Assembly: GCA_964473745.1 (NCBI GenBank)
Contig: CAYYQE010000002.1
Location: forward strand, 5,045 to 69,044
Source of the DNA: an uncultured Candidatus Peribacteria bacterium
GTDB lineage: Bacteria; Patescibacteriota; Gracilibacteria; UBA1369; UBA12473
Direction of reading: 5' to 3'
DNA length: 64,000 nucleotides
A model generated the notes under the pieces. The model searched no databases, was not told the DNA's origin, and saw only the letters and a list, made by a program, of their open reading frames with translations. The translations under genes were made by a program, and so were the position numbers. Shown piece after piece: positions 8,901-17,343 of the stretch. Every line of letters begins with the position of its first letter. Position 1 is the first letter of the stretch.

Positions 8901-10111
8901 CCAGTAGAACTAGTGGTTTCTTCGTCAGTTGAGGTTTCGGCCGAGGCCAAACCATCGCCGGTAGAAGAACCCGAATCACTTGCTTCCGAAGCTTCCTCTT
9001 CAGCACTAGCTATTCCCGAACCAGTTCCATCGGACTCAACACTGGATGAAGCGCCAGTACCTCCAGAACAAGGTGTTTTTTCCATAAAAATTACTTCTCG
9101 CAAGTTATAGTAACCACGAGATCCGGTTTCTGGAGTATTTTCTACATATTGCTCTCTATAAACATCAACTTTTGTTCCGACAATAGCAAACATTTCTTGG
9201 TACATGGCTTTCCCATGAGTTTGGTTGAAATATTTAGCCGGTAAAGTGCGTCCTTGCGGTGTTCGGCGCAAAGTACTCATATTAATTTCATCTTTGTGAT
9301 TTCGGCGGGCGTGATCATAAGCATTCAAAAAAGTTTCAAAAGGAATCGAACCAATACCCCACATATGACGTAGTGATTGGCGATCAACTTTATCTAATCC
9401 AGTTTGACCATCAAGGAACTGGAGAACTTCATCATCAATGTCCGGGTCTCCAATTAGGCCTTCAATATGTTCCACAGCTGATTTATCTGTAAAGATTTCT
9501 GTTAAATAGTTACCCGTCAATAGCCCAACGCCAGTCAAAGCCGCATACTTAAACCAGGGGCGTTCTTTTTTATCACCAAGCATCTTAAAAGACGTACCCC
9601 ACAAAGCATAGGCACCGATAAGCGTTGCTCCGATAGCTCCAATAGTTAAAAATTTATGATCAACATAACTTTCTTTAATCTTTTCAGCTGCTTTCCCCAA
9701 AAGGCCAGTTACTGTTTCGGTATTAATTGTTTCAAAACTTTCAGTCATTTCGTGATATTGAAATTGTCGTTCTCGTAAAAGAGCCACAATCTTATCAAGT
9801 ACTTTTTTCCCGTATTTATATTTTTCAGAAGAAGGGTCAGCTCGTAAAAAACTTAGCAATTTCACTCCCGGTTCCACCGTAGAAAAGGTTCTTTCAATTT
9901 CATCTAAATGATCGCTGCTCAAAGGGTTAGATGACCATCCCTCAAAATCAATTGTTTGGTTTCGGCAGTATTCTAGGATTCGGTCTAAATCGCGTCCCGA
10001 AAGATTCGATTCCACACTTTCTTTAAGTTTTTCAAGTTCGGCACTGGAGCCAGTTGGCATCTCAACCGCGGAAAGGTCAATAGCACATTCTTCTGTTTCT
10101 TCATGACCCAT
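5960..10111 (-). CDS. Giant orphan membrane-associated protein (1383 aa)
   Basis: Uninterrupted ORF. Two adjacent hydrophobic helices (FLTIGAIGATLIGAYALWGTSF and WFKYAALTGVGLLTGNYL) lie near residues 165-215. A Ser/Thr/Gly/Glu-rich low-complexity linker is encoded at about 8830-9070. I recognise no enzymatic motif. Confidence 0.7.
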   Translation of the reverse strand: MGHEETEECAIDLSAVEMPTGSSAELEKLKESVESNLSGRDLDRILEYCRNQTIDFEGWSSNPLSSDHLDEIERTFSTVEPGVKLLSFLRADPSSEKYKYGKKVLDKIVALLRERQFQYHEMTESFETINTETVTGLLGKAAEKIKESYVDHKFLTIGAIGATLIGAYALWGTSFKMLGDKKERPWFKYAALTGVGLLTGNYLTEIFTDKSAVEHIEGLIGDPDIDDEVLQFLDGQTGLDKVDRQSLRHMWGIGSIPFETFLNAYDHARRNHKDEINMSTLRRTPQGRTLPAKYFNQTHGKAMYQEMFAIVGTKVDVYREQYVENTPETGSRGYYNLREVIFMEKTPCSGGTGASSSVESDGTGSGIASAEEEASEASDSGSSTGDGLASAETSTDEETTSSTGGSGKKKPSAGSAPSERTERVAAGVAIAITTAVPGLKQLGLSESPALGDVELMGYSFDYSSKDYFLGYDVTQHVFKDTTTGRVFAFSISEDMGTSEKEKLERTKGELTAYIEERVARLFEYTGFDSSYSVEWDASSKKWKVKPDYSYTLASQLGNRQQPHSFPLTFEVTEEKTAQLVFGDKKASNLEEMKKIFQNEILEKEIGQQMNNSPETSRLMSLGLEVTGVTSDWKIKGVIAGAPVILEWNVLKNEYVIESLTLSDNLVEALVNKAADNHEFKALFKKFEGAGEKLSAGRWFLDIGQLRWPDSTNNYWEELVKAKKGQILGDYRMRLETFEGKSVAPGQLERAYEESIEKALTDLETLPAELGTAAETSQAAYEQTRDKFEHHGFSDAYATEYQIFTDTILSDFDFNGFAERSDPDHNRILFQLKDIWYQHTKVLKDRPELTATQVQYIRDLNEAIKVALNEAQNADSGFWSRHFDSSITLVEALGIESALSQTPPYERTVSRVADEVVNQNPVMQGLARDSYEILPPDPSNPNLLVIRFKDSGIEWKFDQSTSPPKVEDFALTDDIIKMKAAWLESDPDFNDPFDALSTIFVGMEGRSITWENVTGFDFSDLFYGTVADNRWESLVEYKKQEARLHYQQDLRAVREKHKGNPAAMKAAVDLLDQQKGANMTGQLEAFNQAISAWIANKSAKTPPEKFTSDEFAAIYDQLSSYGYGNASYSKHMANFRRQLDGTDYAGSDFFQGSQSEDIQNDFMNVVEIYTGSLRNTDSADWTKVHDGYMRYVQFKAMTAVHSAHANRKGVTGTWLDDVVGSDEVPEELDGILSYEEFEAEYGADILANKTNPFDPDMWDDVVDLLRKLSEQQGVTPGPVSPEVIKKWVLDLRGKMDLLYNVWDDKIKATNPTDLDMALVNAARAEMKEQQDAYILKVLLDPTNEAKYLKEYQTLLTDRYEMCKKSWAQKGGDWLWEKLKDRLPF

Positions 10112-10190
10112 AATTTTGGGGTTTTATTATTTTTATCTACTAATTATACCAAAAAACCGCTTCTAGATCAAGCCCAGGTTATAAAAAACT

Positions 10191-10538
10191 CTACTTTTTT
10201 TCCGGCGGCTCATCCATTGCCAAATGTACGGCATCTCCCATCATCATCATTTGATTGTAAGTGGAATCTAGCACGCCTTCGAGGGTGTCTTGCAAGTCCG
10301 GACGACTCTCAATTATTACGTTAAGCGCCTCCTCGTTAGAGGCCTCTGGGTGAGATGTTTGATAAGTCTTCATAACTTCCCAGTCCTGATCTGTTAGGGT
10401 TTGTTCCAAAGCATTTTGAATCTGTTTATCAATCACTTTTTCTAAACGAAATTCAATGGTTTTTTGCATGTTAGGCGTAATTTTCCCTAAATTTAGGTCT
10501 TTTATAATCAGTCGAATAAAATCTTTAAGTTTTTTCAT
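10191..10538 (-). CDS. Small acidic helical protein (115 aa), hypothetical
   Basis: The ORF starts 9 nt after the stop of the upstream giant gene. By eye it is helical and acidic, and it resembles small CPR-type proteins of unknown function. That resemblance is memory-based and weak. Confidence 0.55.
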   Translation of the reverse strand: MKKLKDFIRLIIKDLNLGKITPNMQKTIEFRLEKVIDKQIQNALEQTLTDQDWEVMKTYQTSHPEASNEEALNVIIESRPDLQDTLEGVLDSTYNQMMMMGDAVHLAMDEPPEKK

Positions 10539-10547
10539 GAGAGGGGG

Positions 10548-13500
10548 TTAATTATTGCTGCCACGACCACGACGGCTACGGCGGTGCAAAAGCCAGTTAG
10601 TAACAAAGGAGCTTCCTAAACTAAATAAACGATCCGCAGAAAGCCACGAACGCCAGCCAGTAGTGGCTACCGCAGTCCCATCACCATCCGCATCACCATC
10701 GGTCGGACCTTCAATTAGCGGTTGGCGAACGCCGCGGTCGGCCTGGGCCTCGGAAATCGTCATAAAATGGCCAGGATTGCCACTAACATCACCGGTAAGT
10801 TGTTCACCAAGCATCGAGGCAAATAACGCGGCTTTATCTGTTGGGGCATTTGGTGCACTTAATTTTTTGCGGACCAAAGCCGTGCAATAAACAGCCTCGA
10901 GCCGTTCCAATAAATACACAATTTTGGCACTGTCTTTTAAGCGTAGACGAGCCCCACTTTTAGCATCCATGGCCAATGGCCGCACATGATCATCAATTAA
11001 TTCGCGCAGTGATTCTAGACTCAACACCGCGGTATCGCCTTCGCCTACCCAGCTCGCTATTTCAGATAGGGGAGTGTTAAGTCGCAATTTTTCTAATTGT
11101 CGGAATTTTGGATTAGTTAACAAATGGTCAATGCGATATTCATCAAAACTGCGCGGAGCCTTGCCCATAACAATATCTTTTTGCTCGCGAACCCATTGCA
11201 CAACTCCCGATGGAGTAGACGCATTTTCCGCTAAACGACGGATTCGACGCGCATAAACCGCTCGATTTCGGGCGGTATTTACCATCAGCAAAGCCGAAAC
11301 CATTGATCGGAATTTCCTTTCTTCTGGATCCCCAAACTTTTTCATATATTCCGGATCAGTCATGTGTAACTGACGTAGCGTTTCAATGGGGGTGAGATTG
11401 TTCGTAGGACGGCCAGCATGAGCTTGGCGAGTCGCTTTGGCCTGAGACACCCCTCGCACGGCTTCCGTATATTCAGTCTCAAGTTGTTGGAAATTTAAAT
11501 AATGAGCGTCTTTAAGATCTGTTTTGGTAGTTCCGGTAGGTAATTCAGTAGTTTTATATTTTTCAAAAGCTAGCGTGGGATCAAAGCGCTCATCAAATTT
11601 TCTCTGGTCATCAATTTGCGTTTGATCAAGAGCTCTTTTGTCAGTTTCCCAGGTTGCAAATCGGGTTGTGTGGTCCGCCATCAACGCCGCTGGGGCGTCA
11701 GTCAAAGATTTCATAGCTGCATCCCAGGCCGCCTGATCAGCAACCGCTGAAAGGGCGAGAGGACCTGAATTAACAACTGAAAAAAGACCTTTGATAGTCG
11801 CATCAGCGTGGTTAATCTGCCGGTTAAAGGCGGTCGTGTAACCAGCTCTTAAGCGACGACTCTTGGCGGTTAATTGACCTAATTTAGTTTGAGCTTGTTG
11901 ATGTTCGCTTTGAAGAGTTTGGAGTTGCGCTTCCATAGCCTGCAGTCGTGTTTCGCGCGGGTCGGCCATGGGAGCCATCGGCATAAGATTAGGTGCCGCC
12001 GGAGCAGGAGGTTTATTGCTAATATCATCTTTTAAAGCTTGGATACTCTTTTCTAAAGCGAGTTTGTCGGCTTCAAATCGGCGAATTTCAGCTTGTTCAT
12101 CCTGTTCCGCTTGTTGAAGTTCATTTTCAAATCTTTGGAATCGGTCCTTTCTCTCTTGAAGAAGCTTCGGATTATTATCACTTGGATCTGCTTCTTGTTT
12201 TTGGATCTTTCGCCTCGTATAGCCAATCCTATTTTTAAGTTTACGAACCTCTTCAGCGCGGACGGTGCGAGCTAACTCGCGTCCAGTTTCTAAATCTTGC
12301 AGCTCCCTTTCTTGTCTTTGTAAAAGATCTTCGCGTGGGTCAGGCGTAGCATTAGGGGCCGCACTAGGAGTTGGTGCTGGTGGCGGAGTAGAGCTTATCT
12401 GACCACGAAGCGTTCCGACAGCTTGCTCTTGTTTTTTTGCGCGTCCATCAAGCTCGTCTACCTCACCCTTTTTAGTGAAGCGTTCTTCTTCAGCTTCAAT
12501 AATTTTAATAATTGCATCCGCGGCTGGTTGATAACGGTTCAAAGTAGTTTCTCTTTCCGCCATTAGGCGAGATTTTTCTGCTTTTTTGCGGTCGAATTTA
12601 CGTTTTTCCGCATCACGAAATTTCTTTATAGGTTCATAGAATTTTCCAACTTCGGTTAAACGTTCTTCGGCTTTGGTTACGTCCCCGCCCACAGCCTCGG
12701 TATGTAATTCCTTTAAACGGGCCAGAGGTTGTTCATCGGGAGCCAGAGGGGGCTTGCCCGGAACGGGTCGAGTTGTCGGCCGTCTTAAATAAGCCAAAAC
12801 AGCAATCATATCCGGAGTAGCTTCAATTTTTCCGCTCCCACTTTTGTCTTTAGGGATTAAATCTTCTCCCATTAGGTCTCGCAAAGTATCTCTTAAATCA
12901 GCTCGACTAGCATCATTAACCCAGTTCAAGTTTTCCTGTGGATGGAAAATTGTTAAATGTGGAGCAGTGCGCACCAGTGTTTCTCGGAAAACCTCTTTCC
13001 CTTCGTTAGTAAGCACTTTATTAGGGTCAGCATGATCAAATTCCCTTCCTTGCATATTTACACGGAAGAAACGCTTAACTCGGTGGCGCAAAACCCATTG
13101 ATATAGGGTGTAATTTTTTTTGTCGCGCTCTGATACACGGGATTTGGGGATGATTGGATCGGCCTGTCGGGTAGGGGACAGCGAAAACTGTTTCATCTTA
13201 GATTCAACACCTTCAACCTCTGTTTTGGAGGCATTAGCCGCTTGTGCAGCAGCCGTAAGCCTGGTTGCTATTCCAGAGTCATTCGGATCCCTGTTAAACA
13301 TTCGCAGGGCCTCTTCAGCCTCGCTTTTCGCCCGTGATGCCTGACTAGCGGCCTTTTCTGTCTGTTGCCAAATATCGTTTGCTTTCGCGGTGATATCTTC
13401 GGCTAATTTTGCCTTAGCTTTAGCCATAATTATCACCGCTGGGCTCGCCCCTGACTGGGTTAGTCTATTGACAGCTTCATTGGCAGCATATGCTCTGATA

Positions 13501-15365
13501 TCCATCCTATTAACAAGGATTTCGGTTGCATCTCCTGCCTGGCGGGTTTTTTTCTGGGCATTTGTTGAGGTTGTCACCAAATTTCTTATCACTGCTTGAG
13601 AAGGTCTAACAGTTGTTGCCGCTTGAGTAACTTTATCCATTTGCTCCACGCTTGATTTTGCCGCAACAAGCGCTGTTGAAGAATTTCTAACGGCCAAACC
13701 TGGCTCAATTACTTCGTTGGCCATTTTTTGTATAGCCCCATCGGCTAACTGGGCTGCCCCAGCAGCCTGACTAGAGGCCTGGACAGCGCTCCAAGTTTTA
13801 GCTTGTAGATCATCAAACGCTTTTTTAGCCTCAGCTTCTTTTTTAGCAGCATCACTGGCTAGCGTCTGAACTCGTTCTTCAAGAGTTTTAGCTAATGCTT
13901 CAGCGGCAACCGCTTTGGCCTCAGCGGCTGCTATCACGTCCGGGGTTGTAGCTGTAACAACCGCAGCTCGTTTGTCGGTTGCGTCGGTTCGCGCCTTGGC
14001 TGCATCGGCCGTTGTTGAAGTAATTAGTACCTCAGCGGCAACCACTTCGGCCTCGGCGTCAGAACTAGCATTAAATGCTGTCATAGCGGCAGCAGACGCT
14101 TCTTTAGCGGCTTGTGCCTTGGTAGCCGCGTCTTTCACCAGTGTTTTAACCTGATTCTTAGTAATTTCAGCAAAGGCCTCCGCTTCAATTGCTTTAGCCT
14201 CGGCTGCTGCTATCACGTCAGGATTTGCCCCTTTTCGAATAGCCGTAATAGCTGCAGTTCGTGCGGCAGTCGCAGACGTCGCTGTTGACTTGGCTAGTGC
14301 CTCCACAGCAGTTTGCGTTATTTTCGCTTTTGAATTCATTCTAGTTACCGCGACCATCACAGCAGCCATGCCCGTTTCGGATGGAGAGGTTGGTATTTCT
14401 TTTTTGGAAACATTAAAAGCTGCGCCGGCAAGCCTACTAGTCGCGGCAATTTTCTTAGGTACTTCAGCTGGCATTGCGGTTTCAACTGCATAGGCGGCGG
14501 TTTTAGCTTCAGTGGTCATTTTCAAAACCTTTATAGCCTGTTTTTGGGCCGTATCAGCAAGCTTTGCTATTGCCTCTGCTTCCTTAATTTGAACAATTAT
14601 ATCAGCTTTATCGTAAGGAGGTACTCTCTTAACCTTACCTCGAAGGCCCTCGGCTGTAGCTTCAGTTGCAGCAGCCAGACCCTCCGCCGTGGTTTTGGCA
14701 ATAGTTGCTCTATTTTCGGCGGTATCAGCCGCTTCTTTTAAAGGCTCTAAGCCAACGTTTATAGATACCTTTCCAGCGGTGTTAGCTGCCAACACCAATT
14801 TTCTTAAAGCTTCAGTTGCTTCACCTTTAGTAATCCGGGCCTCTCTTCGCTGATCGGCATCAAATTTCTCTAACTTTAGAGCAATATCTTCTCTTACAAC
14901 AGTTTCCGCAGACTCCATCGCCGCATCAGACGCATTAACTTTCCTTACTCTATCCAACGCCTTTCCACTAGCTACACTCTCCTTACTAATTTGGCTTTGT
15001 TTTTGCCCTAGCGAACGATTTATAACCTTCACCTTCCCCTGATCTTGTTTTAATATTTTCGCCAATTCTGCCTCGGGCATATCGTGGATAATTCCAAATT
15101 CCGCTTCTAGGGCGGCAGCTTCTCGATCCCAAATAACCCGATAAGCAATTGGGTCGGTAACAGCAGTTATTTTTTTAAGATTTCTTTTTCGAATAGAATC
15201 TATCGGAATTTCGCCGTCAGCATCAGGCTGGGACATACGATCCCAAACTGCGTCCGCCTCCGCTTGGCCAGGCGCAACTCCCTCCAAACTCCAGTCACCT
15301 TCCAGAAGGTCACGCTGTGCAGCATCATAAGCCGCCTGTCCGTGTTTTATGTCGGATGTTTGCAT
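10548..15365 (-). CDS. Giant orphan Ala-rich/coiled-coil protein (1605 aa from ATG 15365; ORF track extends to 15425)
   Basis: Uninterrupted ORF with no N-terminal signal peptide. It contains a 93-aa Ala/Lys/Glu-rich tandem duplication, a duplicated Pro-rich plus heptad-like module, and a C-terminal hydrophobic segment followed by a polybasic tail (HRRSRRGRG). I moved the start to 15365 because the track's TTG start is the first codon of a TTGACA -35 hexamer. Confidence 0.7.
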   Translation of the reverse strand: MQTSDIKHGQAAYDAAQRDLLEGDWSLEGVAPGQAEADAVWDRMSQPDADGEIPIDSIRKRNLKKITAVTDPIAYRVIWDREAAALEAEFGIIHDMPEAELAKILKQDQGKVKVINRSLGQKQSQISKESVASGKALDRVRKVNASDAAMESAETVVREDIALKLEKFDADQRREARITKGEATEALRKLVLAANTAGKVSINVGLEPLKEAADTAENRATIAKTTAEGLAAATEATAEGLRGKVKRVPPYDKADIIVQIKEAEAIAKLADTAQKQAIKVLKMTTEAKTAAYAVETAMPAEVPKKIAATSRLAGAAFNVSKKEIPTSPSETGMAAVMVAVTRMNSKAKITQTAVEALAKSTATSATAARTAAITAIRKGANPDVIAAAEAKAIEAEAFAEITKNQVKTLVKDAATKAQAAKEASAAAMTAFNASSDAEAEVVAAEVLITSTTADAAKARTDATDKRAAVVTATTPDVIAAAEAKAVAAEALAKTLEERVQTLASDAAKKEAEAKKAFDDLQAKTWSAVQASSQAAGAAQLADGAIQKMANEVIEPGLAVRNSSTALVAAKSSVEQMDKVTQAATTVRPSQAVIRNLVTTSTNAQKKTRQAGDATEILVNRMDIRAYAANEAVNRLTQSGASPAVIIMAKAKAKLAEDITAKANDIWQQTEKAASQASRAKSEAEEALRMFNRDPNDSGIATRLTAAAQAANASKTEVEGVESKMKQFSLSPTRQADPIIPKSRVSERDKKNYTLYQWVLRHRVKRFFRVNMQGREFDHADPNKVLTNEGKEVFRETLVRTAPHLTIFHPQENLNWVNDASRADLRDTLRDLMGEDLIPKDKSGSGKIEATPDMIAVLAYLRRPTTRPVPGKPPLAPDEQPLARLKELHTEAVGGDVTKAEERLTEVGKFYEPIKKFRDAEKRKFDRKKAEKSRLMAERETTLNRYQPAADAIIKIIEAEEERFTKKGEVDELDGRAKKQEQAVGTLRGQISSTPPPAPTPSAAPNATPDPREDLLQRQERELQDLETGRELARTVRAEEVRKLKNRIGYTRRKIQKQEADPSDNNPKLLQERKDRFQRFENELQQAEQDEQAEIRRFEADKLALEKSIQALKDDISNKPPAPAAPNLMPMAPMADPRETRLQAMEAQLQTLQSEHQQAQTKLGQLTAKSRRLRAGYTTAFNRQINHADATIKGLFSVVNSGPLALSAVADQAAWDAAMKSLTDAPAALMADHTTRFATWETDKRALDQTQIDDQRKFDERFDPTLAFEKYKTTELPTGTTKTDLKDAHYLNFQQLETEYTEAVRGVSQAKATRQAHAGRPTNNLTPIETLRQLHMTDPEYMKKFGDPEERKFRSMVSALLMVNTARNRAVYARRIRRLAENASTPSGVVQWVREQKDIVMGKAPRSFDEYRIDHLLTNPKFRQLEKLRLNTPLSEIASWVGEGDTAVLSLESLRELIDDHVRPLAMDAKSGARLRLKDSAKIVYLLERLEAVYCTALVRKKLSAPNAPTDKAALFASMLGEQLTGDVSGNPGHFMTISEAQADRGVRQPLIEGPTDGDADGDGTAVATTGWRSWLSADRLFSLGSSFVTNWLLHRRSRRGRGSNN

Positions 15366-15385
15366 AGGTTTTTTTATTCTTCTAT

Positions 15386-15425
15386 ATTCTAACATAAATT
15401 TACAAAATTGGCAACCCATTGTCAA
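15386..15425 (-). promoter_or_regulatory. Two overlapping sigma70-like promoters for the giant-protein operon
   Basis: The first is TTGACA (15420-15425)-N17-TAAATT (15397-15402). The second is TTGCCA (15409-15414)-N17-TAGAAT (15386-15391) with a TGT extension. Both are upstream of the ATG at 15365. Confidence 0.55.
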
Positions 15426-15502
15426 GTTAATTGTTTTGTTCTAAAATCATTTGCCAAACCTCCTAAAGCCACGTAGCATAAAATCAATTTAATCTTATAT
15501 TT

Positions 15503-16780
15503 ATGAAAGTCACTGTTTCTAAACCTGAAAAATCAACTGTCACTATTACCATCGAAGCCGCCGAAGGGGACTTAACCAAGCATTTAAAGCAAGCGGCTGC
15601 CGAACTTTCCAAAGAAGTTAAAATTGATGGATTTCGGAAAGGAAAAATTCCCAAAGACGTTTTGGAAAAACACGTTGGCAAAGAAGTGATCCGGGCTCAT
15701 GGGCTCGAAATGGCTATCCCACATCTCTATGCTGAGGCTGTTATCGAAGAAAAAATTCAAGTAGTAGCTCGACCAGAGATTAGCGTTAAATCCAACGATC
15801 CTTTTACGTTCGAGGCCAAGGTTGCCATTCTTCCAGAAGTGAAAATTTCGGGACATGAAAAGATTAAGGTTCCCAAAAAAGACACAACTGTAACCAAAGA
15901 AGATCTCGAAGAAGTAGTTAATTATTTCCGAAAACAAGGAGCAACTTACCCGGACGTTAAACGGGCCGCCAAAAAAGGGGATCGCGTTGAAGTAGATTTC
16001 GATGGCTTTGACCCCGAGGGAGATGTTCCTTTAGAAGGGACAAGCAGTAAAAATCATCCCGTAGTATTAGGGGAAGGGGGATTAATCCCAGGCTTTGAAG
16101 AAGAAATTACTGGTATGAAGGCTGGCGAAGAAAAAGAATTTGAAATCAAATTCCCAAAGGATTACCACTCGGACAAATTCAAAGGGAAAAAAGTTAAATT
16201 CAAAATCAAACTTCACAAAGTCCAAGAAGTAGAACTCCCCGAGATAACTAAAGATTGGGTCAAAAAAATGACTGGGAAAGAGATGGGGCCAGACGAGTTC
16301 CGCGAGGAAGTCAAAGAAAACCTCACCAAAGAACGCGACCAACAAGTAAAGCAACAGCGCGAAGCCGAGTTTTTTGAAGAACTAACAAAGCTGGCTAAAG
16401 TCGATATCCCAGAAGCGCTTATAGAAGAGGAAATTGACTTTATTCTTGATAGAACTAAAATGGAGTTGGAATCGCGCGGGCTCTCCTGGGATCAATACGA
16501 AAAATACCTAGAAGAGCAAAAACGCGACATCAGGCAAGACAAGCGTTCCCAAGCCGAAAAACAGGTTACGTTAAGACTTGTCCTGAATCACCTCTACAAG
16601 GTTGAAAAAATCGAACCAACAGACAAGGAAATAAAAGAAGAGGTTGAGAAAATGCTCGTTCGTTATCCACGGTCCGAGCAAGACAAAGTCCGCACCAACT
16701 ATGAAAAGGGTCAGCAGGGGTATGCGCAAATTCATAATGCGATTTGCCTCGACCGATTCCTCAAAAAATATCTTTCTTAA
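15503..16780 (+). CDS. tig: Trigger factor
   Basis: 425 aa. The N-terminus MKVTVSKPEKSTVTITIE ... IDGFRKGKIPKDVLEKHVG carries the ribosome-binding GFRxGxxP signature. A central FKBP-like segment and a charged C-terminal arm follow. Confidence 0.9.
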   Translation: MKVTVSKPEKSTVTITIEAAEGDLTKHLKQAAAELSKEVKIDGFRKGKIPKDVLEKHVGKEVIRAHGLEMAIPHLYAEAVIEEKIQVVARPEISVKSNDPFTFEAKVAILPEVKISGHEKIKVPKKDTTVTKEDLEEVVNYFRKQGATYPDVKRAAKKGDRVEVDFDGFDPEGDVPLEGTSSKNHPVVLGEGGLIPGFEEEITGMKAGEEKEFEIKFPKDYHSDKFKGKKVKFKIKLHKVQEVELPEITKDWVKKMTGKEMGPDEFREEVKENLTKERDQQVKQQREAEFFEELTKLAKVDIPEALIEEEIDFILDRTKMELESRGLSWDQYEKYLEEQKRDIRQDKRSQAEKQVTLRLVLNHLYKVEKIEPTDKEIKEEVEKMLVRYPRSEQDKVRTNYEKGQQGYAQIHNAICLDRFLKKYLS

Positions 16781-16797
16781 AATCTAGCCCTCTCACT

Positions 16798-17052
16798 ATG
16801 CGCGTCCTTTACCTCGTTGGATCAATCATCAGTTTTGTTGTTGTTCTGGTTTTGGCGTTTGAAAATATTCAAGCTTCTTGTAACCAGCTAAATTTCTTCT
16901 TTTGGGAATTGAATTCTAGCATTGCTCCTACCTTTGTTTTATTTGGAGCCGCTATTATCGGTATGATTACCGGTGGATTTTTGACTTTACTGGCTACTTC
17001 AGTTTTGAGTGAGCCGGAGGAAGACGAAGATGATGAAGATTTTGAGGCCTAG
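16798..17052 (+). CDS. Small two-TM membrane protein with acidic tail (LapA/DUF1049-like)
   Basis: I use the internal ATG at 16798 (MRVLYLVGSIISFVVVLVLAF...). There are two hydrophobic helices, then EPEEDEDDEDFEA. Confidence 0.5.
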   Translation: MRVLYLVGSIISFVVVLVLAFENIQASCNQLNFFFWELNSSIAPTFVLFGAAIIGMITGGFLTLLATSVLSEPEEDEDDEDFEA

Positions 17053-17076
17053 AATTCACACAAAAACACGTAGAAA

Positions 17077-17105
17077 ACAGCCCCTTTAAAAGGGCTGTTT
17101 TTGTT
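17077..17105 (+). terminator. Rho-independent terminator
   Basis: The hairpin ACAGCCC-ctttaaaa-GGGCTGT is followed by TTTTTGTTT, 25 nt after the stop at 17052. Confidence 0.7.
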
Positions 17106-17343
17106 TCTGAATAAAGGAAAGAAGGTGATCAATAAAAGTATACAGTCTTTTAACTAAGAGCTCAGAAGTGAACAAAAAAATAATACAGATCAAGAACCCA
17201 AATAAAAGGTTCAGTCAACAAAAAAGGAAAGAGAACCTAACCTGTAAAATAAAAAGTGAATAAAAAAAGCGAACAAACTCTTGATTTTCGAAAACAAAAC
17301 TTATACATTCATTGCATAGTGCACAAAATATGTGTACAACTAG

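Noticed and set aside
6795-14741. Numerous 60-120-aa antisense ORFs inside the giant genes (for example 8085-8450, 8811-9110, 13915-14154, 14290-14493)
   Set aside because: They lie entirely within much longer sense ORFs. They have low-complexity Ala/Ser-rich translations that mirror the sense-strand repeats, and they lack start contexts.
10548-15365. The 1605-aa protein as a phage tape-measure, SMC/Rad50 or streptococcal M-like adhesin
   Set aside because: There are no flanking phage genes. There are no Walker A/B heads or hinge, and no signal peptide or LPXTG. Only generic helical-repeat character is shared, so the protein is left as an orphan.
15366-15425. N-terminal 20 codons of the 1625-aa ORF (MTMGCQFCKFMLEYRRIKKP)
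   Set aside because: The track's TTG start is the first codon of a TTGACA -35 hexamer with a properly spaced -10. A second promoter overlaps the same stretch. ATG 15365 is the first start downstream of both.
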